NCBI GenBank assembly: GCA_009885735.1
Contig: VFKD01000043.1
Coordinates: 1-57,505 of the forward strand
Length of the DNA: 57,505 nt
Direction of reading: 5' to 3'
Source: a bacterium
GTDB taxonomy: Bacteria; Armatimonadota; Chthonomonadetes; Chthonomonadales; CAJBBX01
Each line of letters starts with the position of its first letter. Within the stretch, counting starts at the first letter, position 1. The translations under genes were made by a program, and so were the position numbers. Shown piece by piece: positions 9,329 through 19,284 of the stretch. The notes under the pieces are model-generated. The model saw only the letters and a list, made by a program, of their open reading frames with translations. It searched no databases and was not told the origin of the DNA.

Positions 9329-10445
9329 CAGTCCGAATGAGGGACTTAGCCGACTGGATGTGCGCCGGATCGACGACAACTCCGGCAACTCCAACGCCGA
9401 TCAGTGCGTGCAGATCGGATTCAGTCGGACTGGGCAGCACCACCTCAAGCGGGAGCATCAGATTGGCCGCTTCCACTACCAAGGCATCGAGCGCAGCAAT
9501 TAGGTTGTGGCAACTCTGCAGGCCCTCCGCAGGCAGCACCACAATGAGGCGCGTCAGGTTGAATTCCGACAAGTCCACTTTCGCTGCATCGGTCAATGAC
9601 AGCACCCCTGCGATCTTTACCGGGCCTATCGGAAGCTGCTCCTCAATGGCGTAGCCACGCGCCTCGGCGATGTAGTCGAGCAGGCCGGCAAACGCCGGCA
9701 GGCCCGATGCGAGCGGCACTGCGAGCGTGTATTCCGTTCTGGTGGCTGCTCTGAGCAAGGAGGGTATCGAAACTGTCTGCGCATCTCCCGCAACGGTGAT
9801 CGCTTTCCCTGAGCACTCTTCTCCGAGCGCGAGGAGAGTTTCGTGCTGCGCCTCGTCGTCCATGTGCGGCGGTAAGACAGCCGAGGCTGTAGGTACAAAC
9901 AGACCGTCCGCACCTGATTCCATGGCTCGGCCGATGTCCGCTGTCGTTTGGAGGCGGCCAAGAACACGTATCTCGCGGCCATCCGACGTGCGAACAGCCT
10001 GGTGCGTGTAGTCGAGAAATAGTCGCCTTCGAGGTGAAATCCGCTCCTGCTCCGCCTGATAGAGCGACAGAGTCACGCCGTCAGGGTCGAGCAGCACCAC
10101 TCCGGATTCTGCGTCCACCAGCACAAGGTCGTAGTCCTTGGCCTTCTCCGTTATTCCCTGCAAATCAACCACGGTGGGCACCTGAAGCTGCTTTGCAGCC
10201 GAGTCGTACTGGTCGCAAAGAATCGCCACCACGTTGTGCCCGGGCAGGTGCATTCCGGCCGCGAGCGAGTAGTCATCCGTAACCAACACCAAGTCGAGGG
10301 GCTCCTGCCGCGCGCCATGCCCCGCAAGTGCCATCTGGTCGATAACCGGAGCAGGCAAGAACGGAATACCTTGGGCCGAGCGAATGACGGCCGCTGTGCC
10401 GAGTGCAGAGCCTGGATAGACTGGCTTGCCACGTAGACGTTGCAT
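9285..10445 (-). CDS. PEP-utilizing-enzyme-like protein (PtsI-like, apparently lacking the catalytic His)
   Basis: N-terminal GKPVYPGSALGTAAVI resembles the start of PtsI. DYDLVLVDAESGVVLLDPD resembles the swivel domain. GADGLFVPT resembles the TIM-barrel G-x-G-L-F-R-T motif. No TSH phospho-histidine motif is visible. Confidence 0.45.
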   Translation of the reverse strand: MQRLRGKPVYPGSALGTAAVIRSAQGIPFLPAPVIDQMALAGHGARQEPLDLVLVTDDYSLAAGMHLPGHNVVAILCDQYDSAAKQLQVPTVVDLQGITEKAKDYDLVLVDAESGVVLLDPDGVTLSLYQAEQERISPRRRLFLDYTHQAVRTSDGREIRVLGRLQTTADIGRAMESGADGLFVPTASAVLPPHMDDEAQHETLLALGEECSGKAITVAGDAQTVSIPSLLRAATRTEYTLAVPLASGLPAFAGLLDYIAEARGYAIEEQLPIGPVKIAGVLSLTDAAKVDLSEFNLTRLIVVLPAEGLQSCHNLIAALDALVVEAANLMLPLEVVLPSPTESDLHALIGVGVAGVVVDPAHIQSAKSLIRTVSVADCRSELLGAP

Positions 10446-10657
10446 GAGCGCGTGCTCCCATCGCGATAAATGAAAGAAGAAAGCTGAACCGTTAGACTAC
10501 CATACGAGGAACAAGGGTGTTATGTGCCATGGATGTTCAAACAAGTCCGGCACTCAAAGGGAAACGTGGTGAGTGAAACAGCTGTCGGCCAGAAACCCAG
10601 CATTTTCACGGATACGGCTAGTATCGGAAACAACCGTCAATACCAATAGAACGACCT

Positions 10658-10930
10658 TTGTGGAGTAGTAGAGCCGTGAACATAACAGATGCCAAACAGC
10701 TTGTCGGCCAGAAGTGTGAAATCTCGTGGTCTGGACGCGGCGGCCTCGTACAAGAGACTGTCTCAATGGTGTACGACGTGTCGTACGTCAAGCTGTACGG
10801 GGGCTACCTCGTGACGGACGTGGAAGACATTCGACTAGACAAGCTCATGCTTGTGAGCACCATTGCCGACTGTGGCGCCAAGAGTCGGGTGTTTGAGCTG
10901 CTGCATGATAGCGCACGTGAGGCTGCGTAG
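10658..10930 (+). CDS. Small hypothetical protein
   Basis: 90-aa ORF in a lower-GC stretch. An alternative GTG at 10676 has GGAG 10 nt upstream. A strong hairpin follows the gene. Confidence 0.4.
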   Translation: MWSSRAVNITDAKQLVGQKCEISWSGRGGLVQETVSMVYDVSYVKLYGGYLVTDVEDIRLDKLMLVSTIADCGAKSRVFELLHDSAREAA

Positions 10931-10959
10931 TCTAGGCTAGGCTGAACTCACTCCTTGTT

Positions 10960-10992
10960 CCGAGCCCCGCAGGCGCCGCCTGCGGGGCTCGG
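10960..10992 (+). terminator. GC-rich hairpin downstream of 10658..10930
   Basis: ccgagccccgcagg / cctgcggggctcgg forms a perfect 14-bp stem with a 5-nt loop. There is no clear U-tract. Confidence 0.45.
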
Positions 10993-11068
10993 CTGCGTGT
11001 GGCCGCTATGCGCCAAGATGTGACAGAATAGGAGCAGAACTACTTCGCTGTCTTGGAGCGCCTTCGCC

Positions 11069-11815
11069 ATGCCTGTCGTGAGCGCCGTCAATCTGGAGCG
11101 CATCCCGCTCCACGGACTGTTCGTCCACCGAGTAACCCTCTCATCTGCGCTTGATGCTATCGATGCCTTCAGTACGCTAGGCCGCCCGCACCACGTTGTG
11201 ACGCTCGACGCCTCGATGTGCGTGATGGCCCAGACAGACCGAGAGCTAAAAACCATTGTTTCGAACGCAGATCTCGTAACTCCAGACAGCGCGGGTGTGC
11301 TTTGGGCCTGCCGTCGCAAGGGCGAAGCGCTGGAGGGGCGCGTGAGCGGCGTTGAGCTCGTGGAGCGGCTCTGTGCACAGTCGGCGGATCGAGGCTATCG
11401 CCTCTTCTTCCTGGGCGCCGCTCCCGGAGTAGCCGAAGTCGCCGCAGAGCGGATGCGTGCGAAGTACCCCGGCTGCAGCGTAGTGGGCACGCGAGACGGC
11501 TTCTTCGAAGAGAGAGACATTGATGCAGTCATCGAAGAGGTTTGCGGCGCGCGGCCGCACATTCTCTGCGTAGCCATGGGTATCCCGAAGCAAGAGAAGT
11601 TCATCTCGAAACACAAGGACTCCCTCGGCGTGCCTGTACTCATTGGAGTCGGCGGGACGTTCGACGTGCTCTCCGGAGCGGTTAGCCGCGCGCCTTCTTG
11701 GGTCCAGCGCCTCAACCTCGAATGGCTCCACAGGCTTATGAAGAATCCCCGCAAGATTGCCAAGGTCCTCACGCTGCCTAAGTTTGTGTGGCAGACGCTC
11801 CGCGACAAGTCGTAG
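11069..11815 (+). CDS. WecB/TagA/CpsF-family glycosyltransferase
   Basis: Family motifs VTPDSAGVLWA, RLFFLGAAPGVAE and ILCVAMGIPKQEKF. 248 aa. Confidence 0.9.
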   Translation: MPVVSAVNLERIPLHGLFVHRVTLSSALDAIDAFSTLGRPHHVVTLDASMCVMAQTDRELKTIVSNADLVTPDSAGVLWACRRKGEALEGRVSGVELVERLCAQSADRGYRLFFLGAAPGVAEVAAERMRAKYPGCSVVGTRDGFFEERDIDAVIEEVCGARPHILCVAMGIPKQEKFISKHKDSLGVPVLIGVGGTFDVLSGAVSRAPSWVQRLNLEWLHRLMKNPRKIAKVLTLPKFVWQTLRDKS

Positions 11816-11887
11816 CTTTACGCCAAGCAGTTCGTGTGGAGCGGGCAACCCCAGGAGGGTGGCCCCTACAGTTGCGTAGTACGTGCT

Positions 11888-13156
11888 CTAGAGGGGCCGA
11901 AGACCCTTTGCTGCCTTACGGCGCAAGCCTGTCGGTCGGATCGCATCAAGGTCTGCGCTTACTGCTCCGAGCCACCGGGCGAGCCTCAGTAGACCGGCAG
12001 CCAGGGCATCCGCAAATTGCGGATCGTTGCCGGTCGCTGCATCCTCCAGCCAGAACCCGAGCATGTTTAGCGACCTCGCCTTGCGGTCGAACTTTGCATC
12101 CATTCTGCCAACCAGCTTGTCTCCCCACAGGATCGGCAGAGTGTAGTAGCCCCAGGTTCGCAAGCGTGCGGGCTTGTAGACTTCCCAAACATAGTCGAAC
12201 GCAAACAGCTCGCGCGTCTTGCCTCGGTCCCACACAACATTGTCGAGAGGCGCAATGAATGTGACCTCGGAAGCGCTCAGAGGGTGGTTCGTCGTCCACT
12301 CCTCGGGTACCTTGCCGGACTCCAGCGCGTTTAGGATTCCTAGATAAGCCGTGGGTACATAGCGTGGCGCATTGCGGGCCTCAACGTGAATTACTGTAAG
12401 CTCGCCCTCGGCGACGAGACCCGAGGCGAGGCGTACAACGTCTGCGGTGGTGAGCTTCCCCATGTAGGCACGAGCCCGACGGCCAATCTCGGTGGCAGTG
12501 CCAAACGCCGCATCGTGGGTCGCCTTAAGGAAGAGGTGCCTCTCTGCCACTTCGGCGTCCGCGCACTCCACATTATTCCCGATGCGCCCTGCAGCGCGCT
12601 CAACGAGGTCATAGACGCGTTCGTTGCGCCTTCGGCTGTGCGTGATGATCTCGCCCACGAGCCAGAGGTGATACAGAGCAACGCTTGTTTGCTTCTCGGT
12701 GCTGTAGCCCGCTGGAATGCGGTCTGAGTTCTTGAAGTCTCGGCTGCTGAGCGGCCCTCGGCTGCGAATCTCCTCGCGCACCATGTCGATCAGGTCGCGC
12801 TGCTCGCTCGCCCACTCCTTAGTGCGAGCCTCCCTCGTGCGCATGATCGAGCGAAGGTACGGCAGGTCCTCCCGCGGGTAGATAAGCAGGATGCCGCCGT
12901 AGTCCACGAACTGCCGCTCGGCGTACATCACCTGGTCGAGCATCTCCGGCTGGTAGCCCTCCACCCGAGCGTGAAGAGTGAGGTCGTGGCTGCGCCGGAC
13001 TATCTGAAGCGGGTCGATCTGCACGGTTTGTGATGCGCGAATAGCGTCGGCCGTGCCCGCCAGCCCAGTGAACCTACGTCCGGGCCAGAGTCCGTGGCAG
13101 CCCAGCACGTAGCGACGCGTAGTGGTGAGCGAAACTGAGACCGAATTCCTGGACAA
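11888..13156 (-). CDS. Winged-helix DNA glycosylase-like protein (YcaQ/DUF1006 family)
   Basis: 422 aa. YTLPILWGDKLVGRMDAKFDRK and the N-terminal layout are typical of the YcaQ family. Confidence 0.8.
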   Translation of the reverse strand: MSRNSVSVSLTTTRRYVLGCHGLWPGRRFTGLAGTADAIRASQTVQIDPLQIVRRSHDLTLHARVEGYQPEMLDQVMYAERQFVDYGGILLIYPREDLPYLRSIMRTREARTKEWASEQRDLIDMVREEIRSRGPLSSRDFKNSDRIPAGYSTEKQTSVALYHLWLVGEIITHSRRRNERVYDLVERAAGRIGNNVECADAEVAERHLFLKATHDAAFGTATEIGRRARAYMGKLTTADVVRLASGLVAEGELTVIHVEARNAPRYVPTAYLGILNALESGKVPEEWTTNHPLSASEVTFIAPLDNVVWDRGKTRELFAFDYVWEVYKPARLRTWGYYTLPILWGDKLVGRMDAKFDRKARSLNMLGFWLEDAATGNDPQFADALAAGLLRLARWLGAVSADLDAIRPTGLRRKAAKGLRPL

Positions 13157-13391
13157 GAGTTAGCCTAGCTCATTTCGGTGGTGACGATCGTGTACCAGGC
13201 GCTGGCGCCTTGGTGCAACTGGATGGCAAAGGGCAGGAGGCACGAGGACGGGGCAGTATCCATCCTCTTCGCTAACGAGATTGTGGCACGGAGAAGCGCG
13301 AGGCCTACTCGGCATCGCCCTTCTCCCGTCAACCACAAGGAGAGAAAGCACTAGAAAGGCGCACTCACGTACGGTCAGCGAGGAGTTCGAC

Positions 13392-14102
13392 CTAGTTCGG
13401 CTTCTTTCGCGGACTTGGCTTTTGGACAGGCTTGGTGGTCTGCGTAACCGGAGGGGCAAGGACCGCGTTGTTCGCTCCGCCCAGCGACAGGAGGTCCATC
13501 AGGCCGCCGGAGGAGGCGCTCTCCTCAATCTCACGCTTCAGGTCGAACGGCCGCACGTCGCTTATGCCCGAGACGCTCTTGAAGTTCACCAGCGACAGCA
13601 CGAGAATCGAATCGCCGGCGAGCTTTCCGCCAAGAGCGGAAGCGTCTGGCGCGGCATCTCCGTCAGCGCCTGCCTGCGCCGCCAACGCCATAAGGTTCGG
13701 CTGCTGCTTTTTGACCTTGTAGGCGACGATGAAGGTCTCGCCTGCCATCGAAAGGAGCTGTCCCTTGGTGTAGTATACGGGTCCGGATTGGCCGCCTCCG
13801 CCTCCGAACAGGCTGCTCATGATCATCATGCCTGCTGCCGCGCCGGCCGCGTCGCCGGGTCCTTTTCCCTTGCCGGAGGCCATGCCGGCCTGCATGAGCG
13901 GACCGAGAATGTCGCCCAGCCCCTTCTCTTGGGTGCCCGGAACGCCGTCAATAACCAATCTCCGCCAGTCCGCTGTCAAGTCCTTGAGCTGAAGGGTGTG
14001 AGGCGCACTTCTGCCGGCGAGAAAATCCGTGAATTCTACTGCCTGAGCCCCGCAGGGACGTACGGCGCACAGCAGTGTAAGGCAGCCAAGTGCAAGCTTC
14101 AT
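13392..14102 (-). CDS. Secreted hypothetical protein
   Basis: Signal peptide MKLALGCLTLLCAVRPCGAQA, a Gly-rich central segment and a Pro/Lys-rich C-terminal tail. The overlapping plus-strand ORF 13281..14177 looks like a shadow frame. Confidence 0.55.
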   Translation of the reverse strand: MKLALGCLTLLCAVRPCGAQAVEFTDFLAGRSAPHTLQLKDLTADWRRLVIDGVPGTQEKGLGDILGPLMQAGMASGKGKGPGDAAGAAAGMMIMSSLFGGGGGQSGPVYYTKGQLLSMAGETFIVAYKVKKQQPNLMALAAQAGADGDAAPDASALGGKLAGDSILVLSLVNFKSVSGISDVRPFDLKREIEESASSGGLMDLLSLGGANNAVLAPPVTQTTKPVQKPSPRKKPN

Positions 14103-14455
14103 CGCGTTCTCCGTTCGATGTCAGGATTGAGTGATGGAAAGGCGCGGCACGCAAAAGTGCCAGCATCTCCCAGCTGAGTATATGCTAAGGAGGTCTGCTT
14201 GGCAAGCCCACGTCTACCCTGCCTGAATTCCGTGGAAGTGTCGTACGCATTTCCGATACACTGGGCGAACGCTGGTGCCTAGACGGCACCTAATACCTAT
14301 GCAGAACCCACTTCTTCAGAAACTCAAGCACTGTGGCCTAATCGATGCGGCATCACCAAATCGCCGTGAAGTACGAGGCCCAACGAAGTCGGGCATCATG
14401 GTGTATGGGTTTCATCACTTGCCTTGCTTCACAGCTGGATGTTCAGCCGCGGACT

Positions 14456-14908
14456 TCACCCATTAGCTCGAGGCCGTCGCTTCGGCCCAGCCATCACTCG
14501 AATGATCGACCTGGGCTCTATCGGCTCATTGCTCCTCACCGCGTTTTCGTGCGCCTGGCGAACGAGGTCCACCACATAGGGGTCTTCCAACTCTTCCACT
14601 GCAGTCAATCGAAGGTGGCGTATGCGGCTTCCCTTTCCCACCAGACGGCCCTCAGGATCGTGCAGTCGGACGCCATCTGAAAAACCAAGGTTCACATACT
14701 TGGTGTAGACTGGAAGATGGATGAAGTGATCGGCGTTCCTATCTGTGAACCCAAAAGCAACCCCAACGGCATTCGTCGCATCCCACACGGTTTCGATGCA
14801 GGGCGGAAGCAGTTCCAGCATGCGTTTCCGGAGTTCGCGCGCAAGCACTTGCACCTCGTAGGGATACGGCGCTAGGAACTCCACATACTCCGGCGGTTCT
14901 GGCAGCAT
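14456..14908 (-). CDS. DUF1801 (YdhG-like) domain protein
   Basis: 150 aa. Layout and motifs (VWDATNAVGVAFGF, YTKYVNLGF) match the DUF1801 family. Confidence 0.7.
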   Translation of the reverse strand: MLPEPPEYVEFLAPYPYEVQVLARELRKRMLELLPPCIETVWDATNAVGVAFGFTDRNADHFIHLPVYTKYVNLGFSDGVRLHDPEGRLVGKGSRIRHLRLTAVEELEDPYVVDLVRQAHENAVRSNEPIEPRSIIRVMAGPKRRPRANG

Positions 14909-14944
14909 GGCTCAGTATGCCGCTCTTCTCGACGTGAGTCAATG

Positions 14945-15560
14945 GTGGAAGCTTCGTTCAGGGTGACAAAATGGGTGTCTCATCGGGCTTGACCGTGGCG
15001 GACCCTTCAACCCTTCGGCGCTCTCAGGGCAACCACACGCCTCGATGCGGGCGGGGCAAGCCCCGCAGCCCTGCGCATATTTCACAAGCGGACAGGGCCA
15101 TGCGCACGTCACGCTCGGATCGTTCGCGCGCCGCGCCCCCCGCCACGCCCCGGAGGGGCAGCAACAACCATAGCCTCGGGCAGCGCCCGGGGAAAACGTC
15201 GTCCGCTCTGATGCGAGGAGACCCTTCAGCTCCACTTCGATACGGCTGAAGCTCCGTTCAGGGTGACAAATTGGGGTGTCTCGTCGGGTTTGACTGTGGC
15301 GGGCCCTTCGACCTTTCGGCAAGCTCAGGACCGGCACGCGGCTCGATACGTTCCTTCGTTCCCGCTAACTGCATCCGGGAATGACGCGGGTCGATGCGGT
15401 CCTTCGACTGCGGCTCGATACGGCTGAGCAGCGCTCAGGATGCGCGGATTAGCAGGCTGAGGATGCGCGGAATTGCCGCGCTCAGGGTGCGCGGATTATG
15501 AAGCTCGTGCGCGTTCAACGGCGGTCGGGACAAGCCCCACAGCCATGCGCACGTTAGGGC
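14945..15560. repeat. Cluster of GC-rich intergenic repeats
   Basis: About 100 bp at 14949..15050 recur at 15249..15350 (gaagctNcgttcagggtgacaaa...). The motif gggcggggcaagccccgcagccctgcgca (15049..) recurs near 15524 and 43620. gctcagga / tcgatacgg motifs recur at 42343..42442. Confidence 0.75.
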
Positions 15561-15575
15561 AGACGAATCTGCGTC

Positions 15576-15605
15576 TTGCCTCCCGCCCCCCGCTGCCGGT
15601 ATACT
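15576..15605 (+). promoter_or_regulatory. Candidate pyrG promoter
   Basis: TTGCCT (15576..15581), an 18-nt spacer and TATACT (15600..15605). The predicted start falls on GGGC at 15611..15614. Confidence 0.45.
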
Positions 15606-15624
15606 AATAAGGGCTACAGACTAG

Positions 15625-15656
15625 ACCCCGCCCCAGAACTACTGGGTGCGGGGTTT
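15625..15656 (+). terminator. Candidate pyrG leader attenuator hairpin
   Basis: accccgcccca (15625..15635) pairs with tgggtgcggggt (15643..15654), giving 11 bp with one bulge, followed by TTT. It lies between the predicted start and the pyrG ATG at 15709. Confidence 0.4.
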
Positions 15657-15708
15657 GCGCGTTTGAGGGCTTCCCGGCGCTTAACCATTTTGAGAAGGGG
15701 AACATGCG

Positions 15709-17403
15709 ATGACCAGGTTCATCTTCGTAACCGGTGGAGTGGTGAGCTCCATCGGAAAGGGCATCACGACGGCATCGCTGGGCCGCCTCCTTCGAAATCG
15801 CGGCTTCAGCGTCACCGTGCAGAAGCTCGACCCATATCTAAACGTGGACGCTGGCACCATGAACCCCTACCAGCACGGTGAGGTGTTCGTGACGGAGGAT
15901 GGCGCGGAGACCGACCTCGACCTCGGCCACTACGAGCGGTTTATCGACGTCAACCTGACGAAGCACTCCTCCATCACCGCCGGCTCCGTCTATAGCGAGG
16001 TGATAGCCAAAGAGCGCCGCGGAGACTATCTGGGCGGAACCGTGCAGATGATTCCGCACGTCACCAACGAGATCAAGGACCGCATGCGGCGGGTGGCCGA
16101 AGAGACCTCCGCCGACGTGGTGATCTGTGAGATTGGCGGCACCGTGGGTGACATTGAGGGACAGATATTTCTTGAAGCGCTGCGCCAGTTCCGCAAGGAC
16201 GTAGGCGTCGGCAACACTCTCTTCATCCACGTCACCCTCATTCCGGATGTGGGCCCCTGGAGCGAGATCAAGACCAAGCCCACTCAGCACTCCGTGATGA
16301 AGCTGCGCGAGGTGGGAATTCAGCCGGACGTGCTCATCTGCCGATCCCACAGGCCGCTCACCGAGGAGCACCGCGAGAAGATATCACTCTTCTGCGATGT
16401 GGATCGAGACGCGGTGATCGAGGCAATGGACGTGGAGACTATCTACGAAGTGCCGCTCCGCTACGAGCAGCTTGGCCTCGCGAACCTGGTGGTGCGCAGG
16501 CTGGGCCTGGAGGAACGCGCGCCGGCAATGGAGGAGTGGGAGCAGATAGTCCGCCGAGTGAAGCACCCCAAGCACGAGGTGGATATCGCCATTGTCGGCA
16601 AATACACCGGCAACGGCGACTCGTACATCTCAATTGCCGAGGCGCTAAAGCACGGAGGAATTGCCAACGACGCTCGCGTCAACCTCCACTGGATCGAGAG
16701 CGACGAGCTGGAAGAGGCGGACGTGGAGGCTACTCTCGCTCCGATGGATGCCATCGTGGTGGCCGGCGGATTTGGCGCTCGCGGAGTGGAGGGCAAGATT
16801 CAGGCTGTTCAATATGCCCGCGAAAAGCGCGTGCCGTACCTGGGCCTGTGTTACGGCATGCAGATGGCCGTAATCGAGTATGCTCGCAACTGCTGCGGAC
16901 TGGAGGGCGCGAATTCCGAGGAGGTGGAACCCGCGTGTCCGCATCCGGTGGTTCATATCCTTCCCGAGCAGAAAGACGTACGCTACAAGGGCGCCTCTAT
17001 GCGACTGGGGTCCTACAAGTGTCAGCTCGTTGCGGGCTCGCTTGCCGAGCGTCTCTATGGCGCCGGCCAAATCCACGAGCGGCACAGGCACCGATATGAA
17101 GTGAACAACGACTATCGCGAGCTGCTGGCAAAGAACGGCCTGCTCTCCTCGGGTATCTCTCCAGACTACCGCCTGGTGGAGATAGTGGAGCTGCCCGGCC
17201 ATCCGTTCTTCATTGCCACGCAGTTCCATCCTGAGTTCAAGTCCCGGCCAAACCGCGCGCATCCCCTGTTCCGGGGCCTAGTCGAGGCCGCGCTCAAGCA
17301 GGGCGGCAAGGCTTTTGACCTGAGCGCACTTCCCAGTTCGAACGGACACGCCGTGGTCACTGCACACGACCCGATAGCGGCGGAGCTCGAAGTCGCCGAA
17401 TGA
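15709..17403 (+). CDS. pyrG: CTP synthase
   Basis: [20 protein letters not shown]-terminus and a C-terminal glutamine amidotransferase domain (GLCYGMQ). 564 aa. AAGGGG Shine-Dalgarno sequence upstream. Confidence 0.97.
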   Translation: MTRFIFVTGGVVSSIGKGITTASLGRLLRNRGFSVTVQKLDPYLNVDAGTMNPYQHGEVFVTEDGAETDLDLGHYERFIDVNLTKHSSITAGSVYSEVIAKERRGDYLGGTVQMIPHVTNEIKDRMRRVAEETSADVVICEIGGTVGDIEGQIFLEALRQFRKDVGVGNTLFIHVTLIPDVGPWSEIKTKPTQHSVMKLREVGIQPDVLICRSHRPLTEEHREKISLFCDVDRDAVIEAMDVETIYEVPLRYEQLGLANLVVRRLGLEERAPAMEEWEQIVRRVKHPKHEVDIAIVGKYTGNGDSYISIAEALKHGGIANDARVNLHWIESDELEEADVEATLAPMDAIVVAGGFGARGVEGKIQAVQYAREKRVPYLGLCYGMQMAVIEYARNCCGLEGANSEEVEPACPHPVVHILPEQKDVRYKGASMRLGSYKCQLVAGSLAERLYGAGQIHERHRHRYEVNNDYRELLAKNGLLSSGISPDYRLVEIVELPGHPFFIATQFHPEFKSRPNRAHPLFRGLVEAALKQGGKAFDLSALPSSNGHAVVTAHDPIAAELEVAE

Positions 17404-17909
17404 ACCTTCACGACATCCCAGTGGGCCAGAACGCACCTGAAGAGGTGAACGTCGTGATCGAGATTCCGCAGGGGAGCTCGAACAAGGTGGAATACAACCC
17501 GGAATGGGCGGCGTTTGTGCTGGACCGCACGCTCTATTCGCCACTCTATTACCCGTGCAACTACGGCTTTATTCCGAGCACGCTCTTCGAGGACGGAGAT
17601 CCGCTGGATGTCCTGTTGATCAGCAGCCACCCCATATCAACCGGAACGATTGTGCGGGCTCGCCCGGTTGCCGTGCTTCACATGGCGGACGACAAGGGCC
17701 AAGACGACAAGATTGTCGCGGTGCCCTCGGGCGACCCGCGGTTCGAGCAGGTGAATCGCCTCTCAAACCTCTCGCAGCACCGCCGCAAGGAAATCGTCCA
17801 CTTCTTCGAGATCTATAAGGACCTGGAAGACAAAACCGTAGAGGTGCAGGGATGGGATGACGTTCCGAAAGCCCACCAGCTCATCCGGCGCTACTCAGTG
17901 CAGCGCTAG
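17400..17909 (+). CDS. ppa: Inorganic pyrophosphatase
   Basis: 169 aa. [16 protein letters not shown] and [20 protein letters not shown] motifs. ATGA overlap with pyrG. Confidence 0.95.
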   Translation: MNLHDIPVGQNAPEEVNVVIEIPQGSSNKVEYNPEWAAFVLDRTLYSPLYYPCNYGFIPSTLFEDGDPLDVLLISSHPISTGTIVRARPVAVLHMADDKGQDDKIVAVPSGDPRFEQVNRLSNLSQHRRKEIVHFFEIYKDLEDKTVEVQGWDDVPKAHQLIRRYSVQR

Positions 17910-18523
17910 TCGCTTCCGTCATCTCGCGTGAACCGATGAACTCGCAGCCTGTCCGACTGAGAGATAACTGTGAACGCAATGTTCGCAGTGAAGTCACCCG
18001 CCGAACCTGGCGATGTGTTCAGGATGCGCCCCATTGCGCGGATGATGTCGCCTGACTTCGCACGCTCCTCGGATGCCGCCAACGAAAATCGAATATCCAC
18101 GAGTGTATCACTGTCGGGACAGTCCCCGAAGTGGGCCTTCATTCCGCCCGTACTTACGTCGCTAAGGCGCGCTTCGGTCCAGCCTCCAGCCGCCGACCCA
18201 TCCCTCACAAATCGATAGGCAATCGGCAAGTCTATCTTTCTGCGGTTGCTTGCCCGACGGTCGTTGCCCACGATCTCCGCAACAGCGGTCAGATTGATCG
18301 TGGAGTTCTCGATAGAGCTAACGCGCACTTCGCCTGAGTATATCCCGCGCTTGTCTGCTACCGCTAGATAACCGCAGGCGCCCATGAGAGCCGCACTACT
18401 GCCGGCAGGCAGAGCGGGCAACTGCAGCGAGACTCCCTTCTTCGTTAGCTCCAGCACACGGCCAACCAGCCGCACGGCAGGACGCGAAAACTTCACCTCA
18501 CCGAGTAGGATCCCGGTCGACAT
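17906..18523 (-). CDS. PilZ-domain protein (c-di-GMP receptor candidate), paralog 1
   Basis: RRASNRR (RxxxR) and DVSTGG (D-x-S-x-x-G) in the C-terminal half. The N-terminal half is shared with the neighbouring paralog. Confidence 0.7.
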   Translation of the reverse strand: MSTGILLGEVKFSRPAVRLVGRVLELTKKGVSLQLPALPAGSSAALMGACGYLAVADKRGIYSGEVRVSSIENSTINLTAVAEIVGNDRRASNRRKIDLPIAYRFVRDGSAAGGWTEARLSDVSTGGMKAHFGDCPDSDTLVDIRFSLAASEERAKSGDIIRAMGRILNTSPGSAGDFTANIAFTVISQSDRLRVHRFTRDDGSD

Positions 18524-18666
18524 AAGCTAGATTCCTCATTCAGCACGGCAATCTTGGGCCGTAACTCATATCCCTTGTGCCATGTTTACGAGAGAATATG
18601 AGACTACCTTGGCCTCGTGACAACGAGAATCTTCACCAGTTCCAAGCAGAACAATCCCGTGGAGCG

Positions 18667-19284
18667 CTAGACGTATCCGTCATCTCTGGTAAAGTGATGC
18701 AGGCGCAGCCGATCTGCTTGGCCGACCACCTTAAACGAGATCTCGGCTGCGAACTCTCCGCGAGTATCGGGCACAACATGCAGTATACGCCCAACAGATC
18801 GAACATTGTTACCGGACTTGCTGGTCTCATCTGCCAACGGGAGCGAAAATCTCAGGTCAACGCTTGACCCCACTTCCGGGCGAACTCGAAAGTGCGCCTT
18901 CATCCCGCCAATGCTAAGGTCGCTCAGCCGCGCCTCGGCCCAGACACCAACTGCCAGACCGTCTCTCACGAATCGATATGCAACCGGTATCTCCACCTTG
19001 CGCCTATTCGACGTGCGCCTGTCGTTGCCCACAATCTCGTCTGCAGCGATCAACTTTATGGTGGAGTCCTCTATTGAGTGGACCCGCACTTCGCCGGAGT
19101 AAATGCCTCGCTTATCGGCAACCGCGAGAGAACCGCACGCACCAGCGAGTGCGGCGATGTTGCCCGCATCCAACCCCGGCACCTGCAGTGTTACTCCCAG
19201 CTTAGTCAGCTCCAATACACGTCCAACAATTCGTACTGCCGGTCTCGAGAATCTCACTTCACCAAGCAACGCCACCGTAGCCAT
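18667..19284 (-). CDS. PilZ-domain protein, paralog 2
   Basis: RRTSNRR and DLSIGG motifs. Roughly two-thirds identical to 17906..18523 by eye. Start taken at MATVALLGEV, which has GAGGGA upstream. Confidence 0.7.
   Translation of the reverse strand: MATVALLGEVRFSRPAVRIVGRVLELTKLGVTLQVPGLDAGNIAALAGACGSLAVADKRGIYSGEVRVHSIEDSTIKLIAADEIVGNDRRTSNRRKVEIPVAYRFVRDGLAVGVWAEARLSDLSIGGMKAHFRVRPEVGSSVDLRFSLPLADETSKSGNNVRSVGRILHVVPDTRGEFAAEISFKVVGQADRLRLHHFTRDDGYV

Noticed and set aside
10553-10605. Cobalamin-riboswitch-like string (agggaaacgtggtgagtgaaacagctgtcggcc) upstream of the small ORF at 10658.
   Set aside because: Only the GGGAA..GGUGA fragment resembles the B12 element core. I could not find the B12 box or the expected helices. 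The downstream gene is a tiny hypothetical protein with no cobalamin link.
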